Assembly (NCBI GenBank): GCA_965285935.1
Contig: OZ260662.1
Location: 29,140,001-29,204,000 of the forward strand
Direction: 5' to 3'
Length of the DNA: 64,000 nucleotides
Origin: Ophelia neglecta
Taxonomy: Eukaryota
The number at the start of each line of letters is the position of its first letter. The stretch's first letter is position 1. Shown one piece after another: positions 38,001 through 52,620 of the stretch. The notes beneath the pieces were generated by a model, which was given only the letters and a program-made list of their open reading frames with translations, was not told where the DNA came from and made no database searches. The position numbers and the translations under genes were made by a program.

Positions 38001-41000
38001 ATCCCAGGTCTTGATACTGATATATCAAGTGAGAATTGGGTGAGTGGAGACATGCTGGTGGGCTAGGCCTATCTTCCAGTAAAAAGTGCTGATCCTCTCA
38101 GCTCAATGGTGCTGATAACCTCTGTGCATGTGTATCACATTTAGGGGCACCAGAGAGAGAGCAGCTCTGAGCAGCAACATTCTTATGTCGTTGCTATTAG
38201 TAAAAGATGAAGCCCAGTTATTTAGATTAATATGTTTATAAGGGAATCTGCTCATGTGCTATAATATCATTCATGCCTGCTCTGGTGTTTGGGGTAGTTT
38301 TGTCTGCGAGTCAGCAAACAGTCTTCTAAGGTTGCCATCTGTGTCAATATCTACGTGCATGTGTCTTTGTGTATGAACCACTTTTTTTGGGTTGACTTTG
38401 TCAGGGTTTGTTATTGGATATAATAAATTTGGTCTCTTTTTTGTAGATATTTTGGTGATTTTATACTTGAAGACCAGATGAATAATTGGTGGGTATGACA
38501 TAGTTTATGAAAAAGTTTTAAATATTTACACCCCTAAAACTTCATTCATTTATGGGATGGCCGAAGCACTATAGCAGTTTATAGCAGGGCTAAACTGTAA
38601 CTTTTTGCCAAGCTAAAATAGATTTATCATGACTCCACACCATGCTGTGAATAAATGTATTTTCTGTGCAAGTGATCAGGGTGGAATTCAGAAATACAGT
38701 TTCTCCAGATGTGATATGGCTGTGTCTGATATGCTTCTGCTGGGTCATTTATATGAAGTCTGTGTGATGTACTGTCTCTGCCAGTCTCATAACCTGTTCT
38801 CTTCAAGGATGGTTTTGTGTTGTTTTGTGCTCATACACAGTTCATGGTACAGTAAAGTGCAACTGTCAGCACACCAAGATAAACATGGAAATCTTCACTG
38901 GGATTTGATATCATATTTGTGTTCCTTAGCTGGCAATAAACCATAGGATATTGGGTTCCAGAAACTAATTCCCCATGCTCTTGGGTTTTTATTGGAACCA
39001 AACAAACCTCTGGACTTGCCAAAAATTCTTCAGACTGTTATCTGTAAATTAAACTTGGATCAGGTCTCAGCTGTGGTGAAAATCCCTTGATACTCTTTTA
39101 TTGATATATTGTAAACTACACTTTTTTCATGTTACATAAGATATGAGATCTTTACTGAAGACTGGGTGATTATCAATGCTCTACTATATCATGTACATTG
39201 AACATATCTAGGGGCAATTTTACGTTTGCTGTTTTAGAAGAACCTTGTATGTGCCATTGTTGATATTTGGGGTTTAAAGCCAAATGACTTTCTGTCCCTA
39301 TAGCAGGAACAAGACAGCCTACAACAGGAAGTTGACACAATAGCTGCTGTCACATGGGCAAAATTAGATCTATTTTGAAGCGGAGGTTAGTTTAGGCTAG
39401 AGGCTAGACTGCACGGATGGCAGTATTAGCCTTTTTCAAGTCTATTGATTAGTCAACAACTGCTGCCAGATATTCTCCTGGTAATTGCAGAAAACGTCTT
39501 TGGCATAGGTTCTGTCTCAATTTTTTCCCCCAGAAGATCTAGTTTTAGGTTGTCATAGTAACCTATTCAAGTCTGGATGCTCTTGGCCAGATCAGTTCCT
39601 AGACAAATTGTTTGACAATTTCAAGTTATATTTGCTGAATTTCCCTTGACCCTTGGTGTCGTCAATGGTCCGGACAGACTGGCCTGGTTCTGTCAGAATG
39701 TTATTAGCAGGGTATTTGGTTTTCTGATGTCAGGAGTTTGTCTGGCTAAACAAAATTAAACCTCTTTCTCTAGTTTAAGGCAAACATTAAAGGCTTACAT
39801 GGGGATTCAATTCATAAATAGCCATTCTTTTGGTCCATTGGTTATGAAACTGCTACAATAGAGTAAGCAAATATAGTAAGCAGTGGCCATGATTTTCTGT
39901 ACTGAATCAAAGCTCCAGCAATAGGTTTTTCTTGACAAAAATCAATGGAAATTGTATTATTTCAAGCAGGTACCTAGAAATGCTGTAACATGAGTGTGAA
40001 CTGTCCCTCTTGTCACAACATTGATTTTAGATCTTCTCGTAGTGGAGTTGTAAAAGTAGGTTATAATGAGGATGCCTGCTATTTGCACATTCTTTTCAAG
40101 TGATATTTTTTACTGCTTTAGTGATCCTTCATTTGGCTGGTCAATTGAAGTTATGGGCACACATCTCCAAAACAGCCAGGTGTCATTGTGTGTGGACATA
40201 TGCATATATATTTTTTAGATCCAATATATGCTTTTTAGTAAATTATAGCCTTTTGTAGGACTTTTTTTAGGAGCCGAACAGTTATAGTTGATGTTATCTT
40301 GAAGTTAGCGCATAGCAAAATAAATTATGTGCAATAAAATAGGTTGGTATTAGAAAGATGCATAAATGCATTCCTCCTGTGATTGAAAAAAAACATGCAA
40401 TACTTAGTCACCTGCAATGATTATTCATAGATGTACAATTGCTTTCACCAAATTTGAGTGCTACCATTCAAATAGCTGACAAAAGCTTTCCACTGTAGGG
40501 ATACAAGACCTGGGTATAATGTAAGCAACTTGAAAAGGCTTGCTGTCATTTCATTTGTTGTGATATTTGTATTTTGAGCACCAGGCCATAATCAGTAGAA
40601 ATATATAAAATTTACTACAGCCTTTGCATCACCATACCCAAATTTGCATGGTATCTTTTGCTAACAGATGATTTCTCTATAAAGCTTTTATTGCTTTAAA
40701 ATGCAGTCCATCCATCATTACCAAATTCAGTCCTGTGCTCAGCCAAAGAAAGCCACACATGTTATATTGTTTGAAGGCAATATGGTTGGCATAACTTCTG
40801 TTTGCTATGTAGGGGCCTGCAGACACAAACAAAAAAGGATTTTATGCATGAAAATATAAAACTGGTTTCATTGCACTGGGTTGGATCTAAATGCCAGTTT
40901 TATTGTTACCTTAAATTTACTGTTATGGGTCCATTCTTACAAGTGATTTTTTTCTGATAAATAGCTAGAGCATTGTTCGGGGACCTGTCTGACCTAGCAT

Positions 41001-42737
41001 ATGTGCTGGTTTGATTTGGGCTGATATTAGTAGGTACATTTTGCTTCAGATCTTTGATTTGAATGTTGACTTGCAAATTCTACAGTGTATACTTGAGGTG
41101 CATTACAGTACCAGGCTCTGAAATAATATCTCAAGTCTGAATATTTTAAAGGTTTGCCTTCAAAGTAATAAAGATGGTAAGAATGGTGTTACTTCATAAA
41201 CTTGGTCATAAACTCCATACCTGAGAAATGTAGTCACTCTTATACCTCACAGGGATTTTTCTGTTTTTTTTTATGCCGAGATTGGCAGATATGAATGTCT
41301 AGATTATTCTTCGCATTCACTCTTGAAAGGATTTGCCAAAGGGTAGTGCGTCAGAGCATGAAAAAGTTATGGCTCCCTCTAAGAAAAAGTTATGTCTCTT
41401 TTAACTTCATTTGCAGTATTGTGTCAGTAGGTACTAAGTGTTATTATCAATATTGCTTTAAAATCTTTTGTATCTCATTAAAATGAAATCATTAGTGACA
41501 AACAGGAATCAATTGGGACAATTTGCTATGAAATGTTTCAAACACCTTTGCCTCTCTTGCCTATTACCATAGCAGGTTTTCTAAAGATGTTAAATTTCTT
41601 TGCTTGTTGGTTCAGTTGAGCATTGATAAATCAAGGAAATGAGACTTTCCTGATTGCACAGGAAATACCTCCCAATGAATAGACCTGATCCCTTAAATTT
41701 ATACAATTACTGTTGGAGCCTCAGATTGACACCAGTGACCAAATGTCTCTCCCTGATTTGGCATCGTAATTGACAAGGAACTGTATACTCTTGGTCATTC
41801 TGAGGAGGAGACAATCAGACCCAAATCAATAGAGATCTCTGTGGTAGATCATTGTTGATCCTTTGACCCTCTGCACATAGAAGGAGGTCTGTGGGGATTT
41901 GGTAATTTTGAGGAACACTGAGCTCGACAGTCAAACGAGATTCAATCAACTCGCAAGTATCCTTGTAGAAGAATCACCTAGGGAAAGACGCCCATATAGG
42001 AGTCTTCTCTGGAATTGTGTTATCATAGAGCATCTATAGCTCTCCTGGCTATCATCCCATCGCCTTTTCAAAACCTGTCATGTGGGGAAGAGCCTCAATC
42101 AATCAAAGAGATATGTCAGGAGTAGGGGCTGATTTAACTGCTCTTATTTCACCATTTTCTAACCCTTTACAACAGTCATCATAAATATTAGCATTGGCCA
42201 TTGTAGCTGCACTTTACATGTATCAGACTGAGCTAGTCCACAGTGTCGTAAGTCTCTTTAGCCTGGTAAGCTGTGCTTGTTTTTTCTTCTTTGTGCTTCT
42301 TTGTGCGTGTGTTTATGGGCATTGTATGCTGAACATGTCATCATCAATGATTCAGGCAGACAAGTCCTCTAGGCCTATGTTTAAACTGGGTTATGAAGCA
42401 GTGTAACTATTCACCAGTTGAATGAACATTACTGACCACTTTAATGGACTGCTATTTGCTTAGAAATGGTGGAACAGAATTATTCCTTTTTTCCCAGAGA
42501 AAAGCATGGCATTTGATAAGTTAATTGTTTTCCATTGTCTTGCTAATGGTTCTGTTCGATTGTTTAAGTACAATAATTTTAAGTACATAGAGCATTATCT
42601 TGCATCAGAAATCCTACATGTATATCTCCCCTTCAAGTTCTATGTGAACAATATTATTTTTAAGTAGCACAATCTGTTTATCGGTATTAAGCATACTTAC
42701 AGGTACAAGTTTTAATAAAATCCTTTCTTTTCTTCAG

Positions 42738-42829
42738 TCACATTACTCGACACATCTACACTGGGAGAGCTGGCTTGGACAACATATACAAATGAAGAGG
42801 GTGTAACTGGCGCTAGGAATCCGCGAGGG
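42738..42829 (+). CDS. Eph: Eph receptor tyrosine kinase, coding exon 2 (start of ephrin ligand-binding domain)
   Basis: Acceptor TCCTTTCTTTTCTTCAG and donor GGG|GTAAGT (42830) define a 92-nt exon, phase 1 to 0. The spliced product NE-VTLLDTSTLGELAWTTYTNEEGVTGARNPRG matches the Eph N-terminal motif (recalled EphA4 NEVTLLDSRSVQGELGW...GW). Intron positions and phases match vertebrate Eph genes. Confidence 0.92.
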
Positions 42830-45800
42830 GTAAGTTTAAATTAGTTACCTCCATTATAAAAGAGCGTAGAACTGCTAAGTCACAGATTTTTTTTTGCTTT
42901 TCAATGTGTTTTTATTTGTAACCAAACTCTGAATTACACTGAATGAAGGCATGTGTGTAATATGCATGTCATAGCACACACTCGTGCTTTGTAACATCAT
43001 TGCATGAGTAAGTGCTTGAAATCATAAACAGATTTATGCACTCCACTCACACACTTGAATACAATCTACATAGATTCTATTATGATTATGCATCAAGAAT
43101 GCCTTTTCAATAGTATAATGGTTCTGCATGTTCAATCTTAAGAATATGGAACAGAATTTCGATTTAGTCATGTTAACAATTCTCCAGTTATCTACAGTTG
43201 GTAGGTTACTTTGTCACATAGCTGAGGTTCGGTGGAGAGCATTGTCATTGATAAAGTTTGTAACTATGAGATAAGCTAATTGCTTAATCCTTATGATTAT
43301 TATATTATCTTTTAATACCTAGCTTTTATAATTGATTCTCTATAATGGCAATTATATTTATCTGATAAAACTGCCCAGATTATTAAATACTGATCTTGAA
43401 TATTTTGGCATTTAATTATCTTTCTTAACAATATCTTATCAAGAGCAAAGAGTAAAGCCCCTTCCATCCATAAGGTCTCAGAATTTTGATGTAGTTGATT
43501 ACTTTATGAATATGTAAATGTATATGTTTGTTAGGATAGAACATGCTTATTTATTTGAGATTAATGTTTCTAGTAGAAAACACCAGAATACCTAGAACAT
43601 CTAGATCAAACAATTACCAAGGGGAAGTAGATGCAGCTCATTAATTCTGGTATCAATCCAATAAGACTTAAATGGCATTTATCGCTGGATGCATATCTGT
43701 GCTGTGTTTGTTGGGAAGTGATATATTCCTAGGTGACATACAGCCTGGATCTAGTAGCACCAAATCAATGATAGATCGCCTTGGCTTCTTTCAACTTGGC
43801 CAGAAAATCCCTCAGAGACTCCCAGCTCAGATAAGTCTGATTGTTGGACGGATTGGGTCGTATATCACCCTGAATTACTGTGACTCACAATTAGATTATG
43901 TGATGAAAAAACTCAATGAGGAATGACCATCAGGGAAACAAATGTATCAGGGAAATCCAAGCTTGATTTATCGAATAATTGCTAGGTACCACACACCGTG
44001 CTGGAGTTGTGTGGGGCAGTTGGTTTCACAAAACATGCTGAATTACTTGCTCCTTTCGAGCAAGAGTTGCTGCACTTCCTTCATGCCCAATAAAGATTAG
44101 CATAGAGAAAGAAGGCCAGGCTACTTACTTGTCTATAAACATCTAGATAGCAGAAATCACCAGCAATATATTTTTTGGGTTTCTAACAGTAAAATATTTA
44201 GCCACTTAGTACAGGTTCTGCATTTAAAAAATGAATTTGGGATTTAGTAGACTGTATGTACAGCTGGCTAGTCATACACTTCAAGTTGTATCATTTTAGC
44301 ACCCCAGTGAATTGATTAAACATTGTATCCTGAATAACAAATTTGAGGCCCAAATTAGGAGATATTTATTAATCACTATAAAAGTTGGCACCCATACTAA
44401 AATCTTTTTAGGTAAAACTATAACATTGGGCTCAATGACATGCATATAATTTCTTTGTCGTGAGTTGCCAACACCTCTCCCTGCTACTGATAGGTGTGTA
44501 TTTCAACATGGTAGGCTCCATTTTGGTGTTTCTTCTCATGCCAGCAGGTTGAGGCAATTTCAACTATTGTTGATGCCGATTGGAAGGCTGTTCTTTACAT
44601 GCCCTGATTATTTCACAGAAAGCAATATTCCAATCATTTTGTGCACCCGGCTATATTCTGTTAGCATAATGGGCTTGTTTACAATGTACACGGTTAGTGG
44701 TCCTATATAGAAGTGTTAGTTTTTGAATGTGGAATGCCTGCCACATGCATACCTGGGACAAATTATGAATGAGAGGAGTCCTATTCGGTCTTGTGATTAT
44801 TGCTCTATTCACCTATAATTTAGCCCCAGAACAAGCAGGGTAGTACATAGCTCCCAGAGGGGTGCTGGCAGGTAATGGTTACCTTTGCACCTTTGATTCA
44901 TCAGCAGGGGGTGTATTGTACAGGCAAGAAATATAGTCTTTGAAACAGTAACCACTTTTAATAGTGTCAAAGAATATCATCTGGTGATTTGATTGTTGAC
45001 CATGATAGCTATTGATAACTTCCCTTTATAATTAAACACAATTGGTATACAGTCAGCAGTGACAAAATAGCAACAATATCCAGTATTTGTCATGGTATGT
45101 TATCATAAAATCTTGCCACCCAGGTCTCTCACAGGCTTGGAGAGTGACAAGGGGCAATCTTGACCACATAGAGAAGACAATTTATGTCTATGACCTTTAA
45201 TTAAGCCACCCGAGGAAACAATGTATGGTTATCCCTTGACTTTCTCTTGTTGTAATAAAGTTGGTATTAAATGATGAGTGGGACATCTGCAGGAATGTGT
45301 AATTAATGACTTGAAGTTTCATGTACTAAGATGTACAAAGATGCTTGTGTGGTTTGAATTGAAGTTAATTTCAAGGAAGGTAGCCAGAGTCTAAGATTGT
45401 AACTACATTGTTTGCTCAGCTTTTGTGATTCAATAGAACAATATGTGGTCTTCAGGACATACATGAGTGCCAAAATGTTATTGCTAAAATTCTCTAGTGT
45501 CAGGTATTTCTCCTGATAAGTATTGTTATTACACTTTAAGCCTGACAAGTTTATTATTCTCAGGACATGCTCTATGGCACTTCCCTTAATGTGCACCATT
45601 TGGCAATTTAGTCTGTTACAATGATCACCCACAATAAAATTGGCTAAATTTGCCAAAGTGTCTGAAGTTAGCACTTGCACATTATGCATGACAGTACATT
45701 CTTGTAGCAGTGAGGTCAGCTAGTAATGATTATTTCATTGGACTGGGAGTATTTTGTTTGGGGGTAGAATGATAAAACAGGGCCAGACTCTGGTCATTGA

Positions 45801-46839
45801 TGGGCCTGCCTATTGTCTGGTCTATGGTATTGGTCTGGGACGGTTATTAAGGGTAGTTATTGAGGGTAATGTCCATCCTATAGAACACCAGGTGCCCCAA
45901 GCAATCACATTAATGTGACCACTGTACCAGATCAGCTGCCTCTCCATACAACATGACACAGGTCTGGTATGTGTCCCTCTTAAAATCTAAGGAAATAGCC
46001 GAATCTCATTTACATATATTGGTTCAGCCCCATTTGATCAAAAACCCATTAAAAGGTCAAATGTCTGGTCAATCAATGATAAGTCAGGGTTGACAAAGGT
46101 GAAGGAACAACAAGCCAGCATAACATTGTTGTAAGGTAGAAACCACCCCCTGCATGGTAACTCAAGAACTAAATGCAACTGATGAATTTGTTCCCCATAA
46201 ACTGTAGAAGTCTTGTAATCATTAAACAATCACAACAAATTAGTACAGATGCAGGGTAAAAAGTATGCATTTTCCCAGTATTACAAGGCATCTGAATACT
46301 TTAAAAATAAAAGTAAATGAAATGACTCTTTGTAATTGTATTAGTTGGACACTTTTTGACCAAGTAATTATCATAAAGCTTTTTAGAAAGCTTAGATAAT
46401 GAATTTTAGAAAACCCATTGTTCTGTATTGAATTGTTCACTGACCATGGTAGGTTATTATATGGCTACAAAAACACCTTTGAAGCTTGCATCTGTTCTTG
46501 CAGCCCTAATTATAACAAGTTAAGCTGCGCCCATATTGCGGAATATTAAAAGGGATATCATGGAGTGACTTCAATTGATTTCCAGCTGGTGGCTAATAGT
46601 ATTGGTGATGAAAATAGGTAAATTATGGCCGGTTTACACAGTCGCAGGGGACCAGGATACTCTGATTGTCACCCATCAAGTGCACATGCTTCAATATTAT
46701 AATTGATGATAAAGTGACCAAATTACCAAGCTAATTAAATCAATTTCAAATTTCAACGGATGGTTTATCCTTAGCTGGCACGTGACTAGATTACTCTATG
46801 TATTTATAACATTAAGATTTCATAATATCAAGCTTAGAA

Positions 46840-46889
46840 GGCATCTAGCTTGTTTTAAAGTGGCAGCTAGCTTGTTTTAAAGTCGGCAG
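46840..46889. repeat. 22-bp tandem duplication (CTAGCTTGTTTTAAAGT core)
   Basis: The core occurs at 46845 and 46867. Confidence 0.9.
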
Positions 46890-49800
46890 GTGTCAATGTC
46901 ACAATTTCACAGTGACTCTCCCTCAGTGGATATGTAACATTGATAGATTTGAAGCCAGTTGGCCTGATTCCTTAGATACAGGTGAAAAGGCTCACACCAT
47001 GGCCCAAGTAGAAGTTTGCATGTGGAGCTATCATAAAGAGGACAGCAGCAGCCCTCCAGCCACACAATCAATGTGCATGTCACTATATTGAGGCGGCATT
47101 GTGTCTATGTGTCTGCTACCCATTGTGTGCCTCCCATCCATGGACGGACAAACAAAACAACAGCTTAGAATTATGATTTAGGACATGTGCCTCAATTGCT
47201 AATGGAGGCTGATTAATTGTGGCGACTTTCAGATAGCAATCATAATGAGAATTGTATTGGGAACAATAAATAAGTCAAACATGGCAATTCCATGTGCTTT
47301 CTTTTGAATGACTCAAAAGTCTGCACACCGTTATTGCATCACACCATTAGGTCATTGGAAACTGGAAAAACAGGGTTCTTTTGTTGTACCTGATTATTTT
47401 AACAAGTATCTTACTGCTGTTCTCAAATTCAACCAAGTTTACAGAACAGATATCTAAACATTTGAATGATTTTGATATTTAACAACTTCCTGTAGCAAGG
47501 TTTTGGTTTTGTCATTCTGGTTAAGCCACCAATGCTCCTGATATGTGGCTGTAAAATATCTTGTGAAACTGGGCCAAAAATTATGTTCATAAAATATGGG
47601 GTCCCTATCTGTGTTTTCATGGCCCCTAACTCCAATGAGCCAGAGGATGCTAACCTTTATGGCATAATCAGCATAGTTATTACCATGGCTGGTCACTTGT
47701 TGGCTGGGTGTGCATGTGTAAACTCTCATAAAGCTGTCCAGAGTCACCATCATGAAGGAAAAAATGTCTGGCCATGGAGAGGGGGTCAGATGGAAGGGGA
47801 TTACTACACAGTAACTAACCTCAAACTGCCCCGTGACCAGCCCATAACTCCCTGCCTCTACCTACACCTTTGTTCAGGCACACTTGTATAGAATCAATAC
47901 TGCAGCTCTTGGCTGCATGGCTGAAACCCTTTTCTTCTCCCTACAAAAGTAATCTTCTGTTTTCAACACTCTAGCACACATTGGCTCAATCTATAAAATA
48001 GGCAGGCCACTGACACTTCTGGGCATTTGTTGGGCATCACTTTCAATTCTGCCTAAATGAATTCTTTGGCTGCTCACTTCAGCAGCTTTTATGTTACTCA
48101 CTGATAGAATCTTCAGCTGTTGCCTACATTCAATAAGATACCTTAGTGGCTTTCAAAGTGTCCTTGGTTTACCTACAAAAACTGAAGTCTGTTCATTTCT
48201 CTATGGGATATTTTAATGTAAGAATGTGAAGTTGGAAGCTGGGATGAGACTTGTTTGGAATGATTGGACTCTGAAACATCTTTGTTCATTAAATCCTAGC
48301 TATATCAACACTAAAACATTGGTTATGAACTATAGAATGTTTCAAGTTTTGAGGCCTTATGACTGCTCATCTAATGTACATGTATGTTGGAATTAGCAGC
48401 CTCTCCTTAACAGAGAAATGGAGCTATGCTGCTCATTCTGTGGGTAAATAGCAGCTATTAGTGGAGTGCCAAGATGGACACCTGTTCTTCATGTCTAATT
48501 TAGGGAGTGCAAATTAAACTTATCCCCGTAGTTTGCCAGGAAGCTGCTGCACAGCGGGCAGGACAAGAGAGGCAGGTGGGACTTGAAGTAAAGGGCACAC
48601 CAGCAAGGAATGCTGAACACCTACTCTTTTCAATTATGGCTCAGCCTGGCCACGATTGCCAAGCCCGTACTCATTAAAATGTGGCAGTTAGCTCTAAAAC
48701 TGAGTCATTTTGTAAGAGGACTGAACCACCCAGATGACATATCTCCACCATTGGCACTCCCCAAGTGTATGTCTCCGTGAGTATTTCTCTGAGGTGGTCC
48801 AATGTGTAAGTCATGGAGGTTATCAACACTGGTTATTAGAAGAGTTTATAGATACATCTTTTACAGTTTGTCTGCAAGAAATGTACAAGTTCCCATTGCA
48901 GCAAGTTACATTTGCTGCAAGTGGCATTTATGACAAGGCGTGAAAAAATGAGAGTTGCCTGGATTACTGGAGCGATTGGCTTCCAAGAGATGACAGAAAA
49001 TAATGTTCCCTTCTGCTGTGCTATCAAGCTTACCAGCTGCTTCCTCGTGGCTATGACATATCTCAATATTTCATATTTACAGTGACCTGTCTAGGTGCTA
49101 GCATGCTCACTGCAGTGCATTTCATGTTCACTGTTATGTCTGGCAAGAAGTGCCTGATATTATTTTCAATATCCAGCATCTAGTCCAAAAATTAAAAATT
49201 TACAAATCTTTTTTCCAATTTTCCTTTCTTCAGAGCTGCTAGTAGAGCTTTGTACATTTATAGCTTGTTCACTTTTTCAGGGTGAACGCAAAATACTTTT
49301 GAATATGTTTGCCTCCTCTCCTTGTTTGCTCCCTTGATTTAATCATAATGAAATATTGATTTTTAACCCTTGAAAATGTGTTCAATGTGGCTGTCCATTT
49401 AACAGCATTCTGTGTTCAACTTGGGAAGCCATTAGTGGCCCTCAATGGCTGAATGCATGTCCAGCAGTAATTTCGTTGTTTTCTACATACTCTACAGTAG
49501 AACCCATTTACCCAATTGCCTTTCCATGGTAGAAATGTGTCCATGTGTATTGGCCAGCAGTGAATCTGCAAATTGTATGTGACAGAAGCCACTGTGGAAT
49601 GAGACAGGGTGAAGAATGGTGGTAGATTTAGATAGACATGTCTGAGAGCTGGCAGATAGGGTGGCAGATAGAAGGGGGACAAATTGTTCAAATTGGGAGC
49701 ACTTTGGCGGGTGGAGGCTCACTCTACTCGGCTGTGTCTGTGGTGACATCCTCCCTGAATGGGAACCTCATGGATTGTCTGCTGTTGACCTCCACAGCTA

Positions 49801-51040
49801 CAACCCACTCCCTCTCTACCAACACTCAACAGCAATTTCAATTGCCTGGCAGCCAAATACAGTTAGTGAGTGCAGCAGATTTCTGAAATATGTGGAAGAA
49901 TATGGAATGCTAGTTATGTTTAGATAAAATAAAAGAGTTGTAACTAGGAAAGCCACTATTTCAACCCAACTTGGCTAAATCAGCAACGAGATATTTCAAA
50001 CAGATTATTTGTGAAAGCTGTGTCACAGAAAAAAGTTAAATAAAAAATGTGGCACTGTGATATCATATGAAATTTTGTGGGAGTGACTTGTAGCTAATTT
50101 AACTCAGAATTGTTTCCTCTGATCAGATCCTGAGTTTTTACTATGTCCCTAAAGGTGTATATTAATAAGGTGTTTGGGTGGACGTAGCCGGAGGTGGCTC
50201 AGACTGGAACGCTCTCACCAGGTGATGGTATGGTGTAGACAGGTTAGCTGGTGGCCCTCACCACCTCAACCCATCTCTGTATCATCTCAACTCAACCTCT
50301 GCTCCTCACATGCAGTGGGCTGGAAAACTATAATACATAAGACCTCCAGCTCGGGCCTGCTTTGAATTATGCTGGTAATGTTTGTGGAAGCAAGTTACAT
50401 TATAGTGGCCCAAGGGCACAGAAAGCTGAAAAACTACCTCTAGAATGGTCCAATATGTCATCCCCTTTGCAACAGATATACATGTACACCAGTCAAGTGT
50501 AAAAAATCTGTGGGCTACCTTAGGAAATACAACCAAATGTTGCTGGTAAAAGTAAATTTGGAGCTTTCTGTTATTTTAAGGAGAGAGATGGATGCCAGAC
50601 TAAGGATAGAATGTTGTCTGTTTATCAGGGAAACAGAAATTTCCCATTTCATTTCCAGTTCTGTCATAACTTCTTTGAAATATCCAGTCTTTGTATAAAC
50701 ATATCTTGGCTTGTATTTGAAACACACTTGTTATCGCAGGTTACTGATACTTCTCAAGTATGCACATAGGCTGCATCCGTGTGATGCTGTGGCAGGAAAA
50801 AACCTAGATTGCTCCAGAGGCCTTGCTCAATATTTACAGAGAACACTAATTATGACACGTAAAAAGTCACCTCTGATAACTAGCTTATCTTCACAGTTAG
50901 AATCACATTTATACTTGTTACAGTTGCATCTCATATAAATAGCAGTGACTTAGCAGGTATTTTCAAATAGATACATTCTTAACTAAATTTTGCTCATTTT
51001 ATTATACTGTATCAGTTCTTTCTCTGCATATCACTAAATT

Positions 51041-51098
51041 GCCACTCTTCTCTTTCAGGTAAGTGTTGTGGTCCTGTCACCTGTACAGTAAGGTAACC
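51041..51098 (+). promoter_or_regulatory. Candidate recursive splice site (3'ss abutting 5'ss) with a cryptic exon
   Basis: CACTAAA branch-like motif, 12 consecutive pyrimidines and CAG|GTAAGT (AG 51057-58, GT 51059-60). A second donor AAG|GTAACC lies at 51093. Confidence 0.6.
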
Positions 51099-52289
51099 TA
51101 AATGAGTAAAGGTAGGGAGAGATCTTTTCTCAGGTGATGGTCTTACATGGCTAACCTGACCACGCCAGGGTCAGTAAGTATTTATTCTTAAGCCCTGTTA
51201 GGTATTGAGTTTACTTGGTACACCAAGAAATGGTGGCCTGATGAATAGTTAGTGTGTATCCACGTCAGCAGGGCTGAACAGGACCACTATTATCTCATTA
51301 GAACACAATCAGTCTCAATTATCTTCTAGGAATTATGCAGGTAATTATTGTTAATCCTTGATGATTGATATGAGACCGGCCAGATTGTAATTTAATCTTA
51401 CCACAGTGATTAGAATGCCATTAGAATCCATCATGAGCACATCTTCAACTTGTTAGGACATGGCGACATGTACTGACTATTTGTCTTACAGTAGGCCCCA
51501 ACAAGTAAGTCACCTGTCGTCACCACTGATGGGCTCACTCCGCCAGGATGGGCTTGTAGCCGCAAAAAGTCACAAGAAAAACTCCCCTTTTTATAATCAG
51601 GTATTCTTCTCCGGTATCAGAGCCTGGCATTGCATAGTGAAGTGAGGGGTACAGAGTACAACGTTGTCGAAAGCAAGCGTCTTTGTTCATGAAAAGAGCC
51701 AGACTGCAAATACCAACCCACAGTCTAGTACTTGTTCAGACTACGTGGCTGAAACTGTGAGTGGCTCAAATGCAGACAAAAGTGGATCATTCTGACATAT
51801 TTATGGGCAAAACTTTGCCATTGTCGCCGGCAATGGAGACATTCCGTGCTAATTTCACCAGATAGGCATATATTATGTTATCTACAAAAACCTTGGTTAT
51901 CATAGCTGGTTGGTGTTTCTGTTCTGTAATAAGAATGGAGTGCCCTAGATTGGCTACTGAGTCTGGAGGCTTTTTTTTCTTCTTCCATCAGATGCCTTCT
52001 GAATGTATTTTCTTTTAAGAGGTTTAAAGGTCAGTAGGATCACAGATTGTAGTCACATTTATAGAACAAGAATTAAGAATCATTTGGCAACAAGGCCCTC
52101 TCTAACATCAACATCTGTTTATTCTTCCAGTACCTAATGATCTTTTTTGCTGGTCCGGTCAGTCAGCCTATGGCTAAGATGTCATACTACTCTGTGGTCC
52201 TTGAAATAATTCTATTGGTATTTAGCGTAGATCCCTTGTAATTGTTTTCTGAATAGCCATTGCCCGATTGATTTTGGCTATGGAGAGAG

Positions 52290-52620
52290 AGGTTGTACCA
52301 CTATCAGGGGGATCACCGTGAACATACTACGGATCAAGTCAGAATTGATTGCTTCTAAATATATGGCTTGGAATCTGAGCATCTGAGGCTGACGGGGACT
52401 GGAAACAGACAGTGTTATGGCCCCAATGAGCAATGTGTGCCCTGATCCTTCGCTGATCGATAGGCAGGGCGAATTATGTGTAGATTGCGTAGAGCCTCAG
52501 TTTGGGGCTCAGAAATTTTGTGCATAATACAAGGGCAAGTATATTTGCCTTATATTGATGGCAATCAAGTGGTAATCTACAGTCGTAATAAGAAGATATA
52601 CACTGGGTGTAGTTTTGGAA
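52290..52620 (+). mobile_element. Possible pogo/Tigger-type transposase remnant
   Basis: A CpG-retaining patch with GITVNILRIKSELIA and ASEADGDW, reminiscent of the CENP-B HTH region. The similarity is weak. Confidence 0.2.

Larger units (their letters stand above)
20251..42737 (+). other. Eph intron 1 (22.5 kb, phase 1)
   Basis: GTAAGT...TTCAG boundaries lie between the two in-frame Eph exons. Confidence 0.85.

Noticed and set aside
46927-47091. Acceptor followed by TGG (WICNIDRFEASW...) as possible Eph exon 3
   Set aside because: It lacks the W-x-E-x-S...R-x-Y-x-V-C...NWL-x-T pattern and reaches a stop after ~54 codons.
51891-51910. miR-9-like CTTGGTTATCATAGCTG
   Set aside because: The seed is mismatched, there is an insertion, and no star arm is present.
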